A stretch of 63,583 nt of DNA, counting the filler, from Octopus bimaculoides (taxonomy: Eukaryota), in assembly GCF_001194135.2 (NCBI RefSeq). It is 6 parts of 4 records of this genome, joined end to end, with 100 filler letters (N's around TTAATTAATTAA, not from the genome) between each part and the next. Parts side by side here need not be neighbours in the genome. Positions count along the whole stretch, not along the records: positions 43,652 to 55,419 come from NC_068986.1; positions 55,520 to 57,808 come from NW_026318854.1; positions 57,909 to 60,288 come from NC_069005.1; positions 60,389 to 63,583 come from NC_068991.1; 2 more parts are not named here. One strand, given 5' to 3'. Positions 51,202-63,583 of the stretch are shown in pieces; the stretch's first letter is position 1; each line of letters starts with the position of its first letter. A program made the position numbers and the translations under genes. The notes beneath the pieces were generated by a model, which did no database searches, was not told the DNA's origin, and saw only the letters and a program-made list of their open reading frames with translations.

Positions 51202-53638
51202 TATAGTGGGGCCCTTAGCAATAGGTAATTTTCCGAAAGTTAAAATTTTGCTGCTCCTATCCCCTAACCCTGTTCCAATAAACAACAAAACGGGGTGTGC
51301 AAAATCTCAGCTAAATCGAACAACTGCCAGGCGACCTTCAAACCCCATGAAGTTGGAATATAGCATACCCAACGATTAATTCTGTTCAAAAGCAGTATAC
51401 TGTTCCCTTTCTCCACCATTTTATTTTTTCTTCTGAGAAAAATTTATGTGGACACATTCAGGCAACCCCGACAGATGTTTAAAAATGTTCTGAATCAAAT
51501 TTACCAATAGCTAGTTTGAAGAATTCCTCGAATAAGATGAAGCATACAACTTCTATAAGAGAAACTCATTTTTATTTACAACAATAATTTGTATAGAATT
51601 AAAAACAAAATGTGAACACTGAACACTGAATATTGAACATTATTTTTACATAAGAGATTTAGTGGCAGTTGTGTATGTTTTACGGTTTTCGGTAACGATC
51701 TGTAAAACAAATTGTTTCTCAGTTTCATATTTTTTTGAGAATGCTATTGTAGTCCAGAATGTGTTTGACACCTCTTTCTGCAACATCATTCACAACAAGT
51801 GTCTTCTCAAGTTTTTCAAGTCCACTTTTATAACTAGGATCATCCTTCCATGTTGAAGGGTCTTTGTCGAGGAAATCGTTGCTGATAGAAAGTTTCGTGA
51901 AGGAGTTACAAAAGACGAAAACTCGATATTTGTAAAGGAAGAAAAGTCATTTTGATGCAGAATGTACCTCTTCAGTTGTTCATACTTCCTTTTCTTCTTC
52001 TGTGTCTACTTCCAACATAACTTGATCGATATTTGCCTTCTCCTCTGTTGGAACATTTTCATCAAATATGGATAGAACCACAGTTTCGGGAGCTAAGTAC
52101 CAGAGATGAATGGAAAATTTCCTCGCAGCATCCTTACTGATTTCTGGATCAATATCCTGATAATTTATCAATTGACACATGAATAGGAAATCATAAGGTG
52201 CCTTAATTACCTCTGAAGACAGAAACCAGGCTCGAACATACACTTGAGCAAGAAAAATACATATTCTTCTTAAAGAGTTCTTCTCCCCAGGAGATAACTG
52301 GAATTGATCTTGAAACAGGTTTATCTTGAATGCGTAAATTGCTTTTGACATTCACCTGGTGTACGAAACGATATCCCGTCCTTCGGAATGCCGCCAAGAA
52401 AGAGCATTGTTAATTCCAACGATTCCGGTAATCATTTCGCTGTTGTTTCTTTGTAGAAAGGTGATATTCCAGAAATCCAAAATGGTAGAACGGACATCAT
52501 CAGGCACTTCATTGCTACCAGGTTTTTTTTAATCTTTTGGAAAACGCTATATTTGGACGAGAATTTGCACCCATCAGTAAGTCAAAAACTCTTACAAACC
52601 AACTCAAAAGCGTGATGACGGTAATGGAAGTACAAGTCGCGATTGAACAATTTTTCTAGATTTGTACAGGAGCCATTTACTCGACCTGTTATATCACAGC
52701 AAAGTGCCTGAATTTTTTCGGTTATACCTCACTTCTCTGCAGCTTCGTAAACAGCAATAGCTTGCTGTTCTGAAGATGTTTGGATTTCAGGGACTCCCAA
52801 CAATTGTTCCTTGCCTTAAAATGTTGCTATTATTGTCAGTCTATCAACCTTTTCAACACCTGTGTGTGCTGGGAGGAGCTTTCTGTCCCAGTGCAACACA
52901 CATTCTTGACAGTCGTTTAAGTTAAATTTGTGCTGTATTTCTGTGTCTCGCTTCTCTAAATTTTGTTCTAAGGCGTCGAAAATAAGTATACAAAGCACAT
53001 GGCATTATAAAAACAGAAAGGTTATAAACATGGTATTACAGCTTTGTCAGGGCTACCAACACAACAGGGGAAGATTTATATCATAATACCCCACAACAAA
53101 ATGAATGAATGCTTACAAATCATTACAAATAAATTAACTTATATTTACAAACGCAGACAAGTCATATTAGTTTACTGTTTATCACTAACGTATATTTCTT
53201 AATATTTTATTTCTCAACACTACCATTGGGTGCAGTACAATTCTTTCAACGGACGAACGCAACTCACAACCTCATTCGCCTACGACTGGTCGCCAGCTTG
53301 ATGATGGCGAAAAATAGGTCTTTGCCCTATACCTGCGCTCTGTCCCCAACTTTACAAGTTGCTTTTTCCATTATATTTATTGTCACTTATCTTTATATTA
53401 CCAAGAATAAGTCTGAACAAGTTTTTAATTTTAGCGAAAATTATATAAGAGATAAAATTTTTTTTATCTGAAAAATGACTTTCCGGGCGAAAAATTCAAA
53501 ATTTCTTGGTCGATGAGGATCGCCTTGCAGTCGTTCGATTGAGCTAAAGTTTTGCATAGATTGGTCTTTTGTTAATTGGGACAAGAGAGCGAGGTGGGAG
53601 CTAAGCTTTTAGAAAGTTGAAAAATAAAGGCCACTGTG
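51202..53638 (-). mobile_element. Decayed DNA transposon, hATm-like transposase (~51650-52990)
   Basis: HWDRKLLPAHTGVEKVDRL, IQALCCD, RHHAFELV, MSKAIYAFKINLF, HLWYLAPETVVLSIFD, VVNDVAERGVK motifs; termini CACAGTGG (53638 inward) and TATAGTGG (51202); family assignment from memory. Confidence 0.75.
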
Positions 53639-53716
53639 CATGTGTATATATATATATATATATATNNNNNNNNNNGAGTTTAACTCGTTGCATGTATGTA
53701 TGTATGTATGTATGTA

Positions 53717-54145
53717 TGCATGTATTGAGGCAATGGTGCACAAGCACCCGTTACATTGGACTGGACACCTTATTAGAATGAAGGATAGCAGGATTCCTAA
53801 GCAGATGCTTTATGGAGAATTTGTGAATGGAAGGAGACTCCGGCAGGAACCAAGGCTGCGCTTTAAGGACTGTGTTAAGTCCTCATTAAAGGCCTGTGAT
53901 ATGCAGGACACTGACTGGGAGAACAATGCCTGTCATCGCCACAGATGGAGGAAGCAGGTTAAGGAGGGGATCGACACTTTTGAGAGAGCACGTATCCAGC
54001 GTAAAGAACTTAAGTGAGCTGCGCGAAAGCGCACGGCTCGTATAGTGAATGGGGAAAGCTTGGTCTGCAATGTTTGCAGTCGTGTATGCTTGTCAAGAGC
54101 AGGGCTCATTAGCCACCAACGGAGACGCAAATGCAAAATATAAGT
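53717..54145 (+). mobile_element. RTE-clade LINE 3' end with C2H2-like finger
   Basis: LHWTGHLIRMKDSRIPKQMLYGEF..PRLRFKDCVKSSLKAC..WE..RW, in-frame TGA, then CNVCSRVCLSRAGLISHQRR. Confidence 0.85.
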
Positions 54146-54204
54146 TAGTCCTAGAGCGCACAATGTTCCTGATAATTCCTCTCCCCACACCACTAATGTT
54201 ATCC

Positions 54205-54395
54205 AAAGGAAGGGCAAAGGCTGATACAGCTTGGCACCTGTGACGTCACAACTCATTTCTACAGCTGAGTTAACTGGAGGAACGTGAAATAAAGTGTCTT
54301 GCTCAAGAACACAACACGCAGCCCGGTCCGGGAATTGAACTCACAACCTTACGATCGTAAGCTCGACACTCTAACCACTGAGACATTCGCCTTCA
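54205..54395 (-). mobile_element. Family D SINE (tRNA head + CORE-like domain)
   Basis: Minus strand ggcgaatgtctcagtggttagagtgtcgagc..gagttcaattcccggaccggg..gttcttgagcaagacactttatttcacg. Confidence 0.8.
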
Positions 54396-54806
54396 CAACG
54401 ATAATGAGCTATTATCTTACTATCTCGTCTTACTTACCTCTTAAAGATAGTTACCTTGGTATATTAAAAACTGACAATACTTTTGGTGAGGGACGGGGGT
54501 CTCTGTATGTTTTTTCTAGGTGTTATGGCTAAAATATGCAATGCGATACACCGTTTCGTAGTACCTGTATATTCTATAAAACGAGAAAGACGCAGTCATT
54601 GTTTCACCTTTCAGATACATACATAAATAAATAATTGTACATAGGTGGAATGCTTAGAGTAGGTCTTCACAGTCCTGTTAAGACCAAAACCAGCTTTCTA
54701 TCTTCATTCCTTGCCGAGGTATCGCATTCTGAGAGTTGCAAAACTTTGACTGCGTTTTCCTCGCTTTTTAAGTTGTGGCGCTTACGACGGTGTGTTACTA
54801 AACGCC

Positions 54807-54902
<96 letters not shown>

Positions 54903-55176
54903 GGTGTGTGTGTGTAGGTGTATGTGTGTAATCAGTAACCTATAATCAGCGCATTAGCGAAGAATCATATAAACCTGTTATGAATGCTTCTACCCCCAGA
55001 TGGCACTACTACAGGGATCTTGGAATAATACCCACGGAAATATGAAAATCGATAGATAGATCTAGAACAGTCGCTACCCACGAACATTTTTAGAACAGAC
55101 CTTACAGCCGTTGCCATAACAACCACAAGTCACCGTGAGGCCACTTGACTATTAAAGCAGATTTCACGAACAGACT

Positions 55177-55209
<33 letters not shown>

Positions 55210-55519
55210 CTTCTTCTTCTTCTTCTTCTTCTTCTTCATCTTCTTCTCTCCCTCCTTCTCCTTCGCCTTTACCTTTTTCGGCTGCTGCTGCTTAAACGAT
55301 CAATCTTCAGAACCAAATATATCTTTGTACCCATAAACACAGTTTTTCAGATCCGCTATTAACTACCTACGTTACGAACCTTCACAAAAGAAAAAGAGAC
55401 AGATAAAAGAGAAGACTACNNNNNNNNNNNNNNNNNNNNNNNNNNNNNNNNNNNNNNNNNNNNTTAATTAATTAANNNNNNNNNNNNNNNNNNNNNNNNN
55501 NNNNNNNNNNNNNNNNNNN

Positions 55520-55557
<38 letters not shown>

Positions 55558-55640
55558 TTGTGCGTTTGTGAAGACGCGTGTGTGTGTGCCTACGTTTGCG
55601 TGTTAATAGGGTCGTGGATGTGCCAAGAAGTCAGCACATA

Positions 55641-55694
<54 letters not shown>

Positions 55695-57908
55695 CATAAT
55701 AATAATAAAAATAATAATAATGATAACAATAGTAATAATAATAATAAATGCTTGAAAGTTCTTGAATCGAATTAGTAACTGGATTTTTATGCATACTTGG
55801 TGTTGTATGGCGCGTATGTATGTGGTAGATATAACACAATAAATATAATGGACATTTACAGAAACGAAACACTAGAAGGAATTTATTACAGCAGAAAAAA
55901 CAAAACAGGAAAAAAAAACAAAACAAAACAAAAAAAAACAAAAATACAAAAACGGAAGTGCAAAAAAAAATAATAATAACTGAATTTTGTTAACTCAGAG
56001 ATCGATTTTTATCAATAAATGTGGGCAACATTTCTAGATATTTCTTATGCATGACTGTTTCGTGTCGTTTCGTTTCGTTTTTGCTTTGCTTCTTTTCGTT
56101 TTTTGGCTTGTTCCCTTGCAACGTGAAGTGCAGGAATTAGAATGATGTGAAAGCTTGTGTTGCATTATTACATAGAAAGGAAGATTTTGTTATATTTATT
56201 TATTTATTCATTTATTTATTTATATATCTATTTATTTCTGTGCATATTTTTATGCTTTTATTTACGCACACAGTATGTGTATTACTCTATTATTCTTTTA
56301 CTTGTTTCAGTCACTTGACTGTGGCCATGCTGGAGCACCACCTTTTGTCGAGCAAATCGACCCCAGGACTTATTCATGGTAAGCCTAGTACTGATTCTAT
56401 TACGCTTTTTTTCCGAACCGTTAAGTTACGGGGACGTAAACACATCAGCATCGGTTGTCAATCGATGTTGGGGGGACAAGCATAAACAGACAAACACGCA
56501 CACACACATATATATATGGGAGAATGTACGAAAAAACAAACAACAACAGACGAGGACAGGTGGTGTAAACAACAAAAGGATGTATTAGNNNNNNNNNNNN
56601 NNNNNNNNNNNNNNNNNNNNNNNNNNNNNNNNNNNNNNNNNNNNNNNNNNNNNNNNNNNNNNNNNNNNNNNNNNNNNNNNNNNNNNNNNNNNNNNNNNNN
56701 NNNNNNNNNNNNNNNNNNNNNNNNNNNNNNNNNNNNNNNNNNNNNNNNNNNNNNNNNNNNNNNNNNNNNNNNNNNNNNNNNNNNNNNNNNNNNNNNNNNN
56801 NNNNNNNNNNNNNNNNNNNNNNNNNNNNNNNNNNNNNNNNNNNNNNNNNNNNNNNNNNNNNNNNNNNNNNNNNNNNNNNNNNNNNNNNNNNNNNNNNNNN
56901 NNNNNNNNNNNNNNNNNNNNNNNNNNNNNNNNNNNNNNNNNNNNNNNNNNNNNNNNNNNNNNNNNNNNNNNNNNNNNNNNNNNNNNNNNNNNNNNNNNNN
57001 NNNNNNNNNNNNNNNNNNNNNNNNNNNNNNNNNNNNNNNNNNNNNNNNNNNNNNNNNNNNTATGTAAGATAGATTTGGCTATTATTTCTACTCGACTGAT
57101 CGACGAGTCAAATCTTAAGTGGATGATCAGAAGATGCTAGTAAATATATCATCTGTCTGATATTACTTGTACGTCGAAAAACTTCGTATAGATTTTCATC
57201 GTGTAGATTCAAGCTTTTAAGTGATTTATTTAAAGCCAGTTTTAAGTCAGGTAAAAATGACATGCTACAACGGTTGAATTCAGCTATTGGCCTCGGATTT
57301 TATTTGATTCGCGCACGCCATCTTGTATAAGCGAAGTAATTATCGTTTCCAGGCGTGAGACGACGGGAGACAATTTCCTTTGCGTGTGGCTGTATACGAA
57401 GGACTTCACTCCACTCCTGTTAGCTCAATGAAAGACGAAAAGAGAGATGATTAAAGGCATATAGCTACAATTAGTACAGTATAATAAATGACAAAGAAAC
57501 ATATAGAATATAAATAACTAGGTTAGTGAGAGGACCATTAGCCCCTGGAGAGAATACAGGAAGTAAAAATGATGCAATACACACATACTCACGTACATAC
57601 GCATATACATACATAAATAAATCTGAAACTATACATACATAGATTCATACATATATACATACATACAAATATACATACATATAAATATATTATACAGAAG
57701 CAATTATCTCATCTGTGAACAATATTATATATATATATATATATAATATATGTATGTATATGTATGTATCTATATATATATATGTGTATGTATATATACA
57801 TACGTGTANNNNNNNNNNNNNNNNNNNNNNNNNNNNNNNNNNNNNNNNNNNNTTAATTAATTAANNNNNNNNNNNNNNNNNNNNNNNNNNNNNNNNNNNN
57901 NNNNNNNN

Positions 57909-57996
57909 AGTTTATCGTTTAAATTCATATAAGCATGTCTAAATATGCAACTATGCATGAGAATACATACATATAGCAAAAATTACAAATCCGCAC

Positions 57997-58029
<33 letters not shown>

Positions 58030-58981
58030 CATACATACATACATACATACATACTTACATACACGCGTAATTTTACTAGCACTCATTTAGTTCTCTGTTA
58101 GGCTACTTACCACACAGCCACTCCTCCGCCTATATATATATTTCTGAATGCAAATTTTAAGACTAATGCTTATAATTCCGTTCAAATCTTGGTAATTCTA
58201 ACTAAGTTATCTTGTTTTAACGTAGCAGATGGAAGTAAAATTTAAAATTTAACTTCGATTTATCCGAGGTGAATGGAACAGATCGATCTGTCGCAAAAAG
58301 TAAATGTTTTGAAACACTTATGGCGACAGGAAGTAAGTACGTCACTTAATGGTATTAACGAGAAAATCATTATTCCCGTTTAATATCCGAGTGATACTCT
58401 GCTGAACAAATTACATGCTACCCGACCTCCATGGTACAGACTTGCAGTCTTAATGATTGATCATGAGATATTATACGATATAATTTTGGTTTTGTGACCA
58501 AAAATATATCGTATTACAGATATCCTATTAAAGTATTAAACGTATCGTATTAAAGTGGAGATACGCTTAGCGTTAGAGAAAGAGCTATGTTCCATGTAAT
58601 AACACTTAAAATGAATTGAAATTCTGCGATTTCAATCGATTTTACATGCTGTTGCTTTTACGCTTTTGAGTAATATTGCCTCACAACGCAAAATATATTA
58701 TAACATCAACGATTTACTGAATATCTGAAACAGCTGTAAAGATATATGTACATCCTGTAAATGTGTGTAGCATCTCATATACATGCTTTCTTTACAACTA
58801 TAAGTGTCTACACTATTCCTTCTATTAATATCTGCCCAATGCTTTTTTTTTCTACTAGACTCATCTGCTTCTTAGGTACTTTATCCTGATTGGGGATTAA
58901 AAATTCGACCTAACAGAGAACTAAATGAGTGCTAGTAAAATTACGCGTGTATGTAAGTATGTATGTATGTATGTATGTATG

Positions 58982-59014
<33 letters not shown>

Positions 59015-59102
59015 GTGCGGATTTGTAATTTTTGCTATATGTATGTATTCTCATGCATAGTTGCATATTTAGACATGCTTATATGAATTTAAACGATAAA
59101 CT
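57909..59102. repeat. 194-bp identical inverted repeat (57909-58102 / 58909-59102) around ~800 bp
   Basis: Identical including 13 ACAT units in each; left copy abuts an artificial spacer. Confidence 0.85.
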
Positions 59103-59474
59103 TTGTGCATAAATCTACACTAATTTTATATCTATATCTATCTATCTATATATAAACATGTGTACATATATATATATATANNNNNNNNNNNNNNNNNNNN
59201 NNNNNNNNNNNNNNNNNNNNNNNNNNNNNNNNNNNNNNNNNNNNNNNNNNNNNNNNNNNNNNNNNNNNNNNNNNNNNNNNNNNNNNNNNNNNNNNNNNNN
59301 NNNNNNNNNNNNNNNNNNNNNNNNNNNNNNNNNNNNNNNNNNNNNNNNNNNNNNNNNNNNNNNNNNNNNNNNNNNNNNNNNNNNNNNNNNNNNNNNNNNN
59401 NNNNNNNNNNNNNNNNNNNNNNNNNNNNNNNNNNNNNNNNNNNNNNNNNNNNNNNNNNNNNNNNNNNNNNNNNN

Positions 59475-59505
<31 letters not shown>

Positions 59506-60038
59506 CGACGAGCTTCTTTCAGTTTCCGTATACCAAATTCCCTCACAAGGCTTTGGTCGGCCCGAGGCTATAGTAGAAGACACTTGCCCAAGGTACAACG
59601 CAGTGGGACTGAACCCGGAGCCATGTGGTTCCGTAAGCAAGCTACTTACCACACAGCTGCTCCTGCGTCTATGAATATGTGTGAATATATTCAAGGGTTT
59701 AAGTGTACTAACGAAGAATAATAAATATGCCATCTGAATAATGCATGCTGGATGTCAGCCAGCGATGCTGCGAAACACTCAACATGTGGTTGCGTCTCTT
59801 ATGAAACTCCGAGTAATGACAGCAACAATCGTTTACTACTCAACAAAGCCAATTCATGCATATGAGCGTGCACACACGTGTGAGCACGCGTGCATGTGTG
59901 AGATATCTCCTTGTTGTAGTTATTTGGTGTGCATGAACACATGATATATGAATATGTAAATACACACAGAGACGCACACACTCACACACATACGCACACA
60001 CACACACATATATGTATACAAACACACATGCACACACG

Positions 60039-60077
<39 letters not shown>

Positions 60078-60093
60078 TTACATACAAGCGCAT

Positions 60094-60135
<42 letters not shown>

Positions 60136-60802
60136 GGCGCAGGAGTGGCTGTGTGGTAAGTAGCTTGCTTACCAACCACATGGTCCCGGGTTCAGTCCTA
60201 CTGCGTGGCACCTTGGGCAAGTGTCTTCTACCATAGCCTCGGGCCGACCAAAGCCTTGTGAGTGTATTTGGTAAACGGAAACTGAAAGNNNNNNNNNNNN
60301 NNNNNNNNNNNNNNNNNNNNNNNNNNNNNNNNTTAATTAATTAANNNNNNNNNNNNNNNNNNNNNNNNNNNNNNNNNNNNNNNNNNNNAGATAGATAGAT
60401 AGCTAGATAGACAGATAGAAATGTGTGTTTATATATGAATGTATGTATTTGCGTGTGTAAATGGTTGTGTTTGTGCTTCTAGTGCGAGTGCGTGGGGGTT
60501 TAGGAGAGAGGGGGTGAGGACGGGGTGAGGACGGGGGTGAGAAGGCTCTGGATAAACTATCTGAAATAGATCGGGGTCAGGAGTAACAGAGAAAAGAAGT
60601 GGGAGAGAAGGTAAAGATGTGTGTGTGTGTATGTATGTATGTATATGTATGTGTGTGTATGTGTGTGTGTGTGTGTGCGTGTGTGTGGCATACACACACA
60701 AAGACACTTGCACGCATGAACACATACAAAGATATACACGCATACATATACGTACATATATCTCATGCATATTTATACATATATACACGCATATACATAT
60801 AT

Positions 60803-60846
<44 letters not shown>

Positions 60847-61606
60847 NNNNNNNNNNNNNNNNNNNNNNNNNNNNNNNNNNNNNNNNNNNNNNNNNNNNNN
60901 NNNNNNNNNNNNNNNNNNNNNNNNNNNNNNNNNNNNNNNNNNNNNNNNNNNNNNNNNNNNNNNNNNNNNNNNNNNNNNNNNNNNNNNNNNNNNNNNNNNN
61001 NNNNNNNNNNNNNNNNNNNNNNNNNNNNNNNNNNNNNNNNNNNNNNNNNNNNNNNNNNNNNNNNNNNNNNNNNNNNNNNNNNNNNNNNNNNNNNNNNNNN
61101 NNNNNNNNNNNNNNNNNNNNNNNNNTGTGTGTGTGTGTGTGTGTAGGCATGTATGTGCGGGCGGTGAGAATATGATGAGAGCGGGGGCGGGGTGGGAGTG
61201 ATGCGGCGTGGTGGCGGGAGAGGAGCACTCGTGCTGTCGGGCAATCCGACACATAAGACAGAGCGAATGACATAGATAGGTAAACAGGCAAGCAGACGAA
61301 CAGCCAGGCAGACAGATCGGATGACATAGTTAGGAGAGTTGTAGAAGGGCGGGAACCGAGGCAGACAGACAGGCAGATATGTAGACAGACAGGCAGCAGA
61401 CAAAGCGAGCAGGCTGGTAGTGAGTATATAAACTGTGTGACACAGAAACAAAAAACAGACTGAGAGAGAGTGGGAAGAGTGAGAGTGAGAGTGAGAGTGA
61501 GAGACAGACAGACAGACAGACAGAGATGGGTAGATGGGTAGATGGGTAGATAGATAGATAGATGGACGAATGGGTACGTAGATAGATGAAACTGTGGATT
61601 GGTAGG

Positions 61607-61654
<48 letters not shown>

Positions 61655-61778
61655 TAGATAGATACATACATACATACATACATACATACATACATACATA
61701 CATAAATGGATGAATGTGTACGTAAATAGATGGATCTGTGCATGGGTAGGTAGAGATAACATAGATAGATAGGTAGAC

Positions 61779-61809
<31 letters not shown>

Positions 61810-62089
61810 AAGATAGAGAGGGAGAAAAAGAGAGAGAGAGAAAGGAATAGATATAGATAGACAGATAGATAGATAGATATATAGATGGATGGATAGAGGG
61901 GGGGGGGCAGATAGACAAACAATGGTGGAAGGGGTGAAGAGACTTTTGAGCGACAAACCTTTGACATTTCAACAGTGTGTTATGTAGAGGATAAAGGAGA
62001 GGAGGGGGTTCTTGAGAAGAGCCAACAGTTATGTGAGGGAGGGGAAAGGTAGTGAGGTGTGGTGTGAGTGAGCTGATAGCCTGCAGTTA

Positions 62090-62680
62090 GTGTCTACACC
62101 ATCATTGTTAATACACTAATGTCATGACCACAAGCACCACCGCAGATACTTCTACCAACACATACAGCATTACTACTGCCTATACTACCAAAACTACTAT
62201 TACCGAAACTGCTATTCCCACCAATGCTACCACCACCACTACCGACTGACTGATACTACAACGAAAGCCACTACTCGCACCACTACCACTGCTTATGCAC
62301 CAACACTACTACCCAAACGCACTAATGCTATTACCACTATCGCCAACACAGCAGCTCTGCAACCAACATCACTGCTAACACACAAACAACAATACCAATA
62401 CCTCAACCAATACGGTACCACTACTACCAAAACTACAACTTATACCACCACCACCACCACCTCCACCAGACTAACACTATTGCCAATACTGTAACACAAC
62501 AACCAGTGTCATCACAACCAGTTCCTCTAGTAACCTCACTACTAACACACTATCACCTTTACTAACACCACTAGCAACACTACTGCCCAAACCACCCCTT
62601 ATATCGCTACCAGCACCACTACTAGGACTACTGCCAACACAGTGGTTCTACTACACTAACACTACCGCTGATATCACTCA
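62090..62680. repeat. Cryptic (ACC/ACT)n low-complexity tract
   Basis: Recurring accactact triplets, no continuous frame. Confidence 0.75.
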
Positions 62681-62682
62681 TC

Positions 62683-63095
62683 CAAGGCGGTGAGCTGGCA
62701 GAAACGTTAGCACGCCGAGCGAAATGCTTAGCGGTATTTTGTCTGTCTTTACGTTCTGAGTTGAAATTCCGCCGAAGTCAACTTTGACTTTCATCCTTTC
62801 GGGGTCGACAAATTAAGTACCAGTTGTGTACTGGGGTCGATCTAATCGACTGGCCCTCTCCCCCAAAATTTCGGGCCTTGTACCTAGAGTAGAAAAGAAT
62901 TGTTTACAAGCTGGGCAAAATGCTTAGCGGTATTTCGCCCGTTGCTACGTTCTGAGTTCAAATTCCGCCGAGGTCGACTTTGCCTTTCATCTTTTTGGGG
63001 TCGATGAAATAAGTACCAGTTACGCACTGGGTCGATGTAATCGACTAGCCCCCTTTCCCGAAAATCTTCAAGGCCTTGTGTCTAGAGTAGAAATA
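62683..63095 (+). mobile_element. Two tandem family B SINEs, CpGs retained
   Basis: aaggcggtgagctggcagaaacgttagcacgccgagcg.. and second core at ~62900-63095. Confidence 0.9.
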
Positions 63096-63185
63096 ATTAT
63101 TATTCTTTATAATTGTGCATCTTAGCTATTGTTACATAGCATATAGTTATCACAAGATCAGTTTTGCGAAATCTTTTATTCAACC

Positions 63186-63254
63186 CATATGAGCGCTGGT
63201 CACACAGCGAAACTGATTTTCACACAGTCTGATGAGAGATACAGTAATCGAAAC
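63186..63254 (+). ncRNA. Two adjacent partial hammerhead-like motifs
   Basis: catatga-gc-gctg(gtcaca)cagc-GAAAC and CTGATGA-ga-gatac(a)gtaatc-GAAAC; no matching stem I/cleavage triplet found. Confidence 0.25.
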
Positions 63255-63583
63255 AGATACGAGATAAGACTTGCTACGAGATAAGATCATGTATAGTTTT
63301 CTGTAACATGTATTAGGGGTCAGTTCTTATTGTCTATTGTTTAATTTTTATTTTTTTTTCACTGTTTTGAAACACCTACTCGTTTGTAATTCATATCATT
63401 AATCGCATTGCGTTTTTCATGGAAAAACATATCTCTGGGATTAATGATGGAGAGAGAAGTAGGATCTCTCATCTTTTACATGCTTCAGTCACTTGACTGC
63501 GGCCATACTGGGGCACGGCCTTGAAAGGTTTTAGTCGAACAAATCGACCCCCCAGGACAATTTTCTTTTTTTTTTTTTTTTTT

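Noticed and set aside
53610-53638. Full RAG recombination signal sequence
   Set aside because: Heptamer only; no ACAAAAACC nonamer at 12 or 23 bp
57150-57205. ctgatat...gtcGAAA...GTA-tagat hammerhead-like motif
   Set aside because: Core and stems II/III do not pair convincingly
58711-58740. ctgaatatct-GAAAC-agct-GTA hammerhead-like motif
   Set aside because: Lacks G8/A9 and stem II; too degenerate to call
62090-62680. Thr-rich mucin-like coding region
   Set aside because: Stops and frame changes throughout; no splice signals identified

Overview
AT-rich, microsatellite-dense eukaryotic genomic DNA from a gapped draft assembly. The repeat families and simple-repeat load look like an octopus/cephalopod genome (inference, no search run). 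Almost all ORFs in the supplied track are microsatellite or N-gap artefacts. No intact protein-coding gene is identifiable; there is one convincing small + strand exon (28831-28896) and one weak candidate. The window is dominated by tRNA-derived SINEs (at least 4 families) and decayed transposons: a Penelope-like element (RT + GIY-YIG), RTE and R4/Dong-like LINE fragments, mariner and DD37D-type Tc1/mariner relics, and a hATm-like DNA transposon with a CACAGTG terminus. The most notable signal is a non-coding ~850 bp element at 20541-21387. It carries an apparently intact type I hammerhead ribozyme (21198-21259), a 497-nt repeat period starting at the predicted self-cleavage site, and a 214-bp inverted arm. 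This is retrozyme / Penelope-pLTR architecture. Several more decayed hammerhead-like motifs and fold-back elements are scattered through the window. Other observations: about 20 co-oriented, CpG-eroded SINE copies in 36-43 kb, and five artificial N44-TTAATTAATTAA-N44 spacers.
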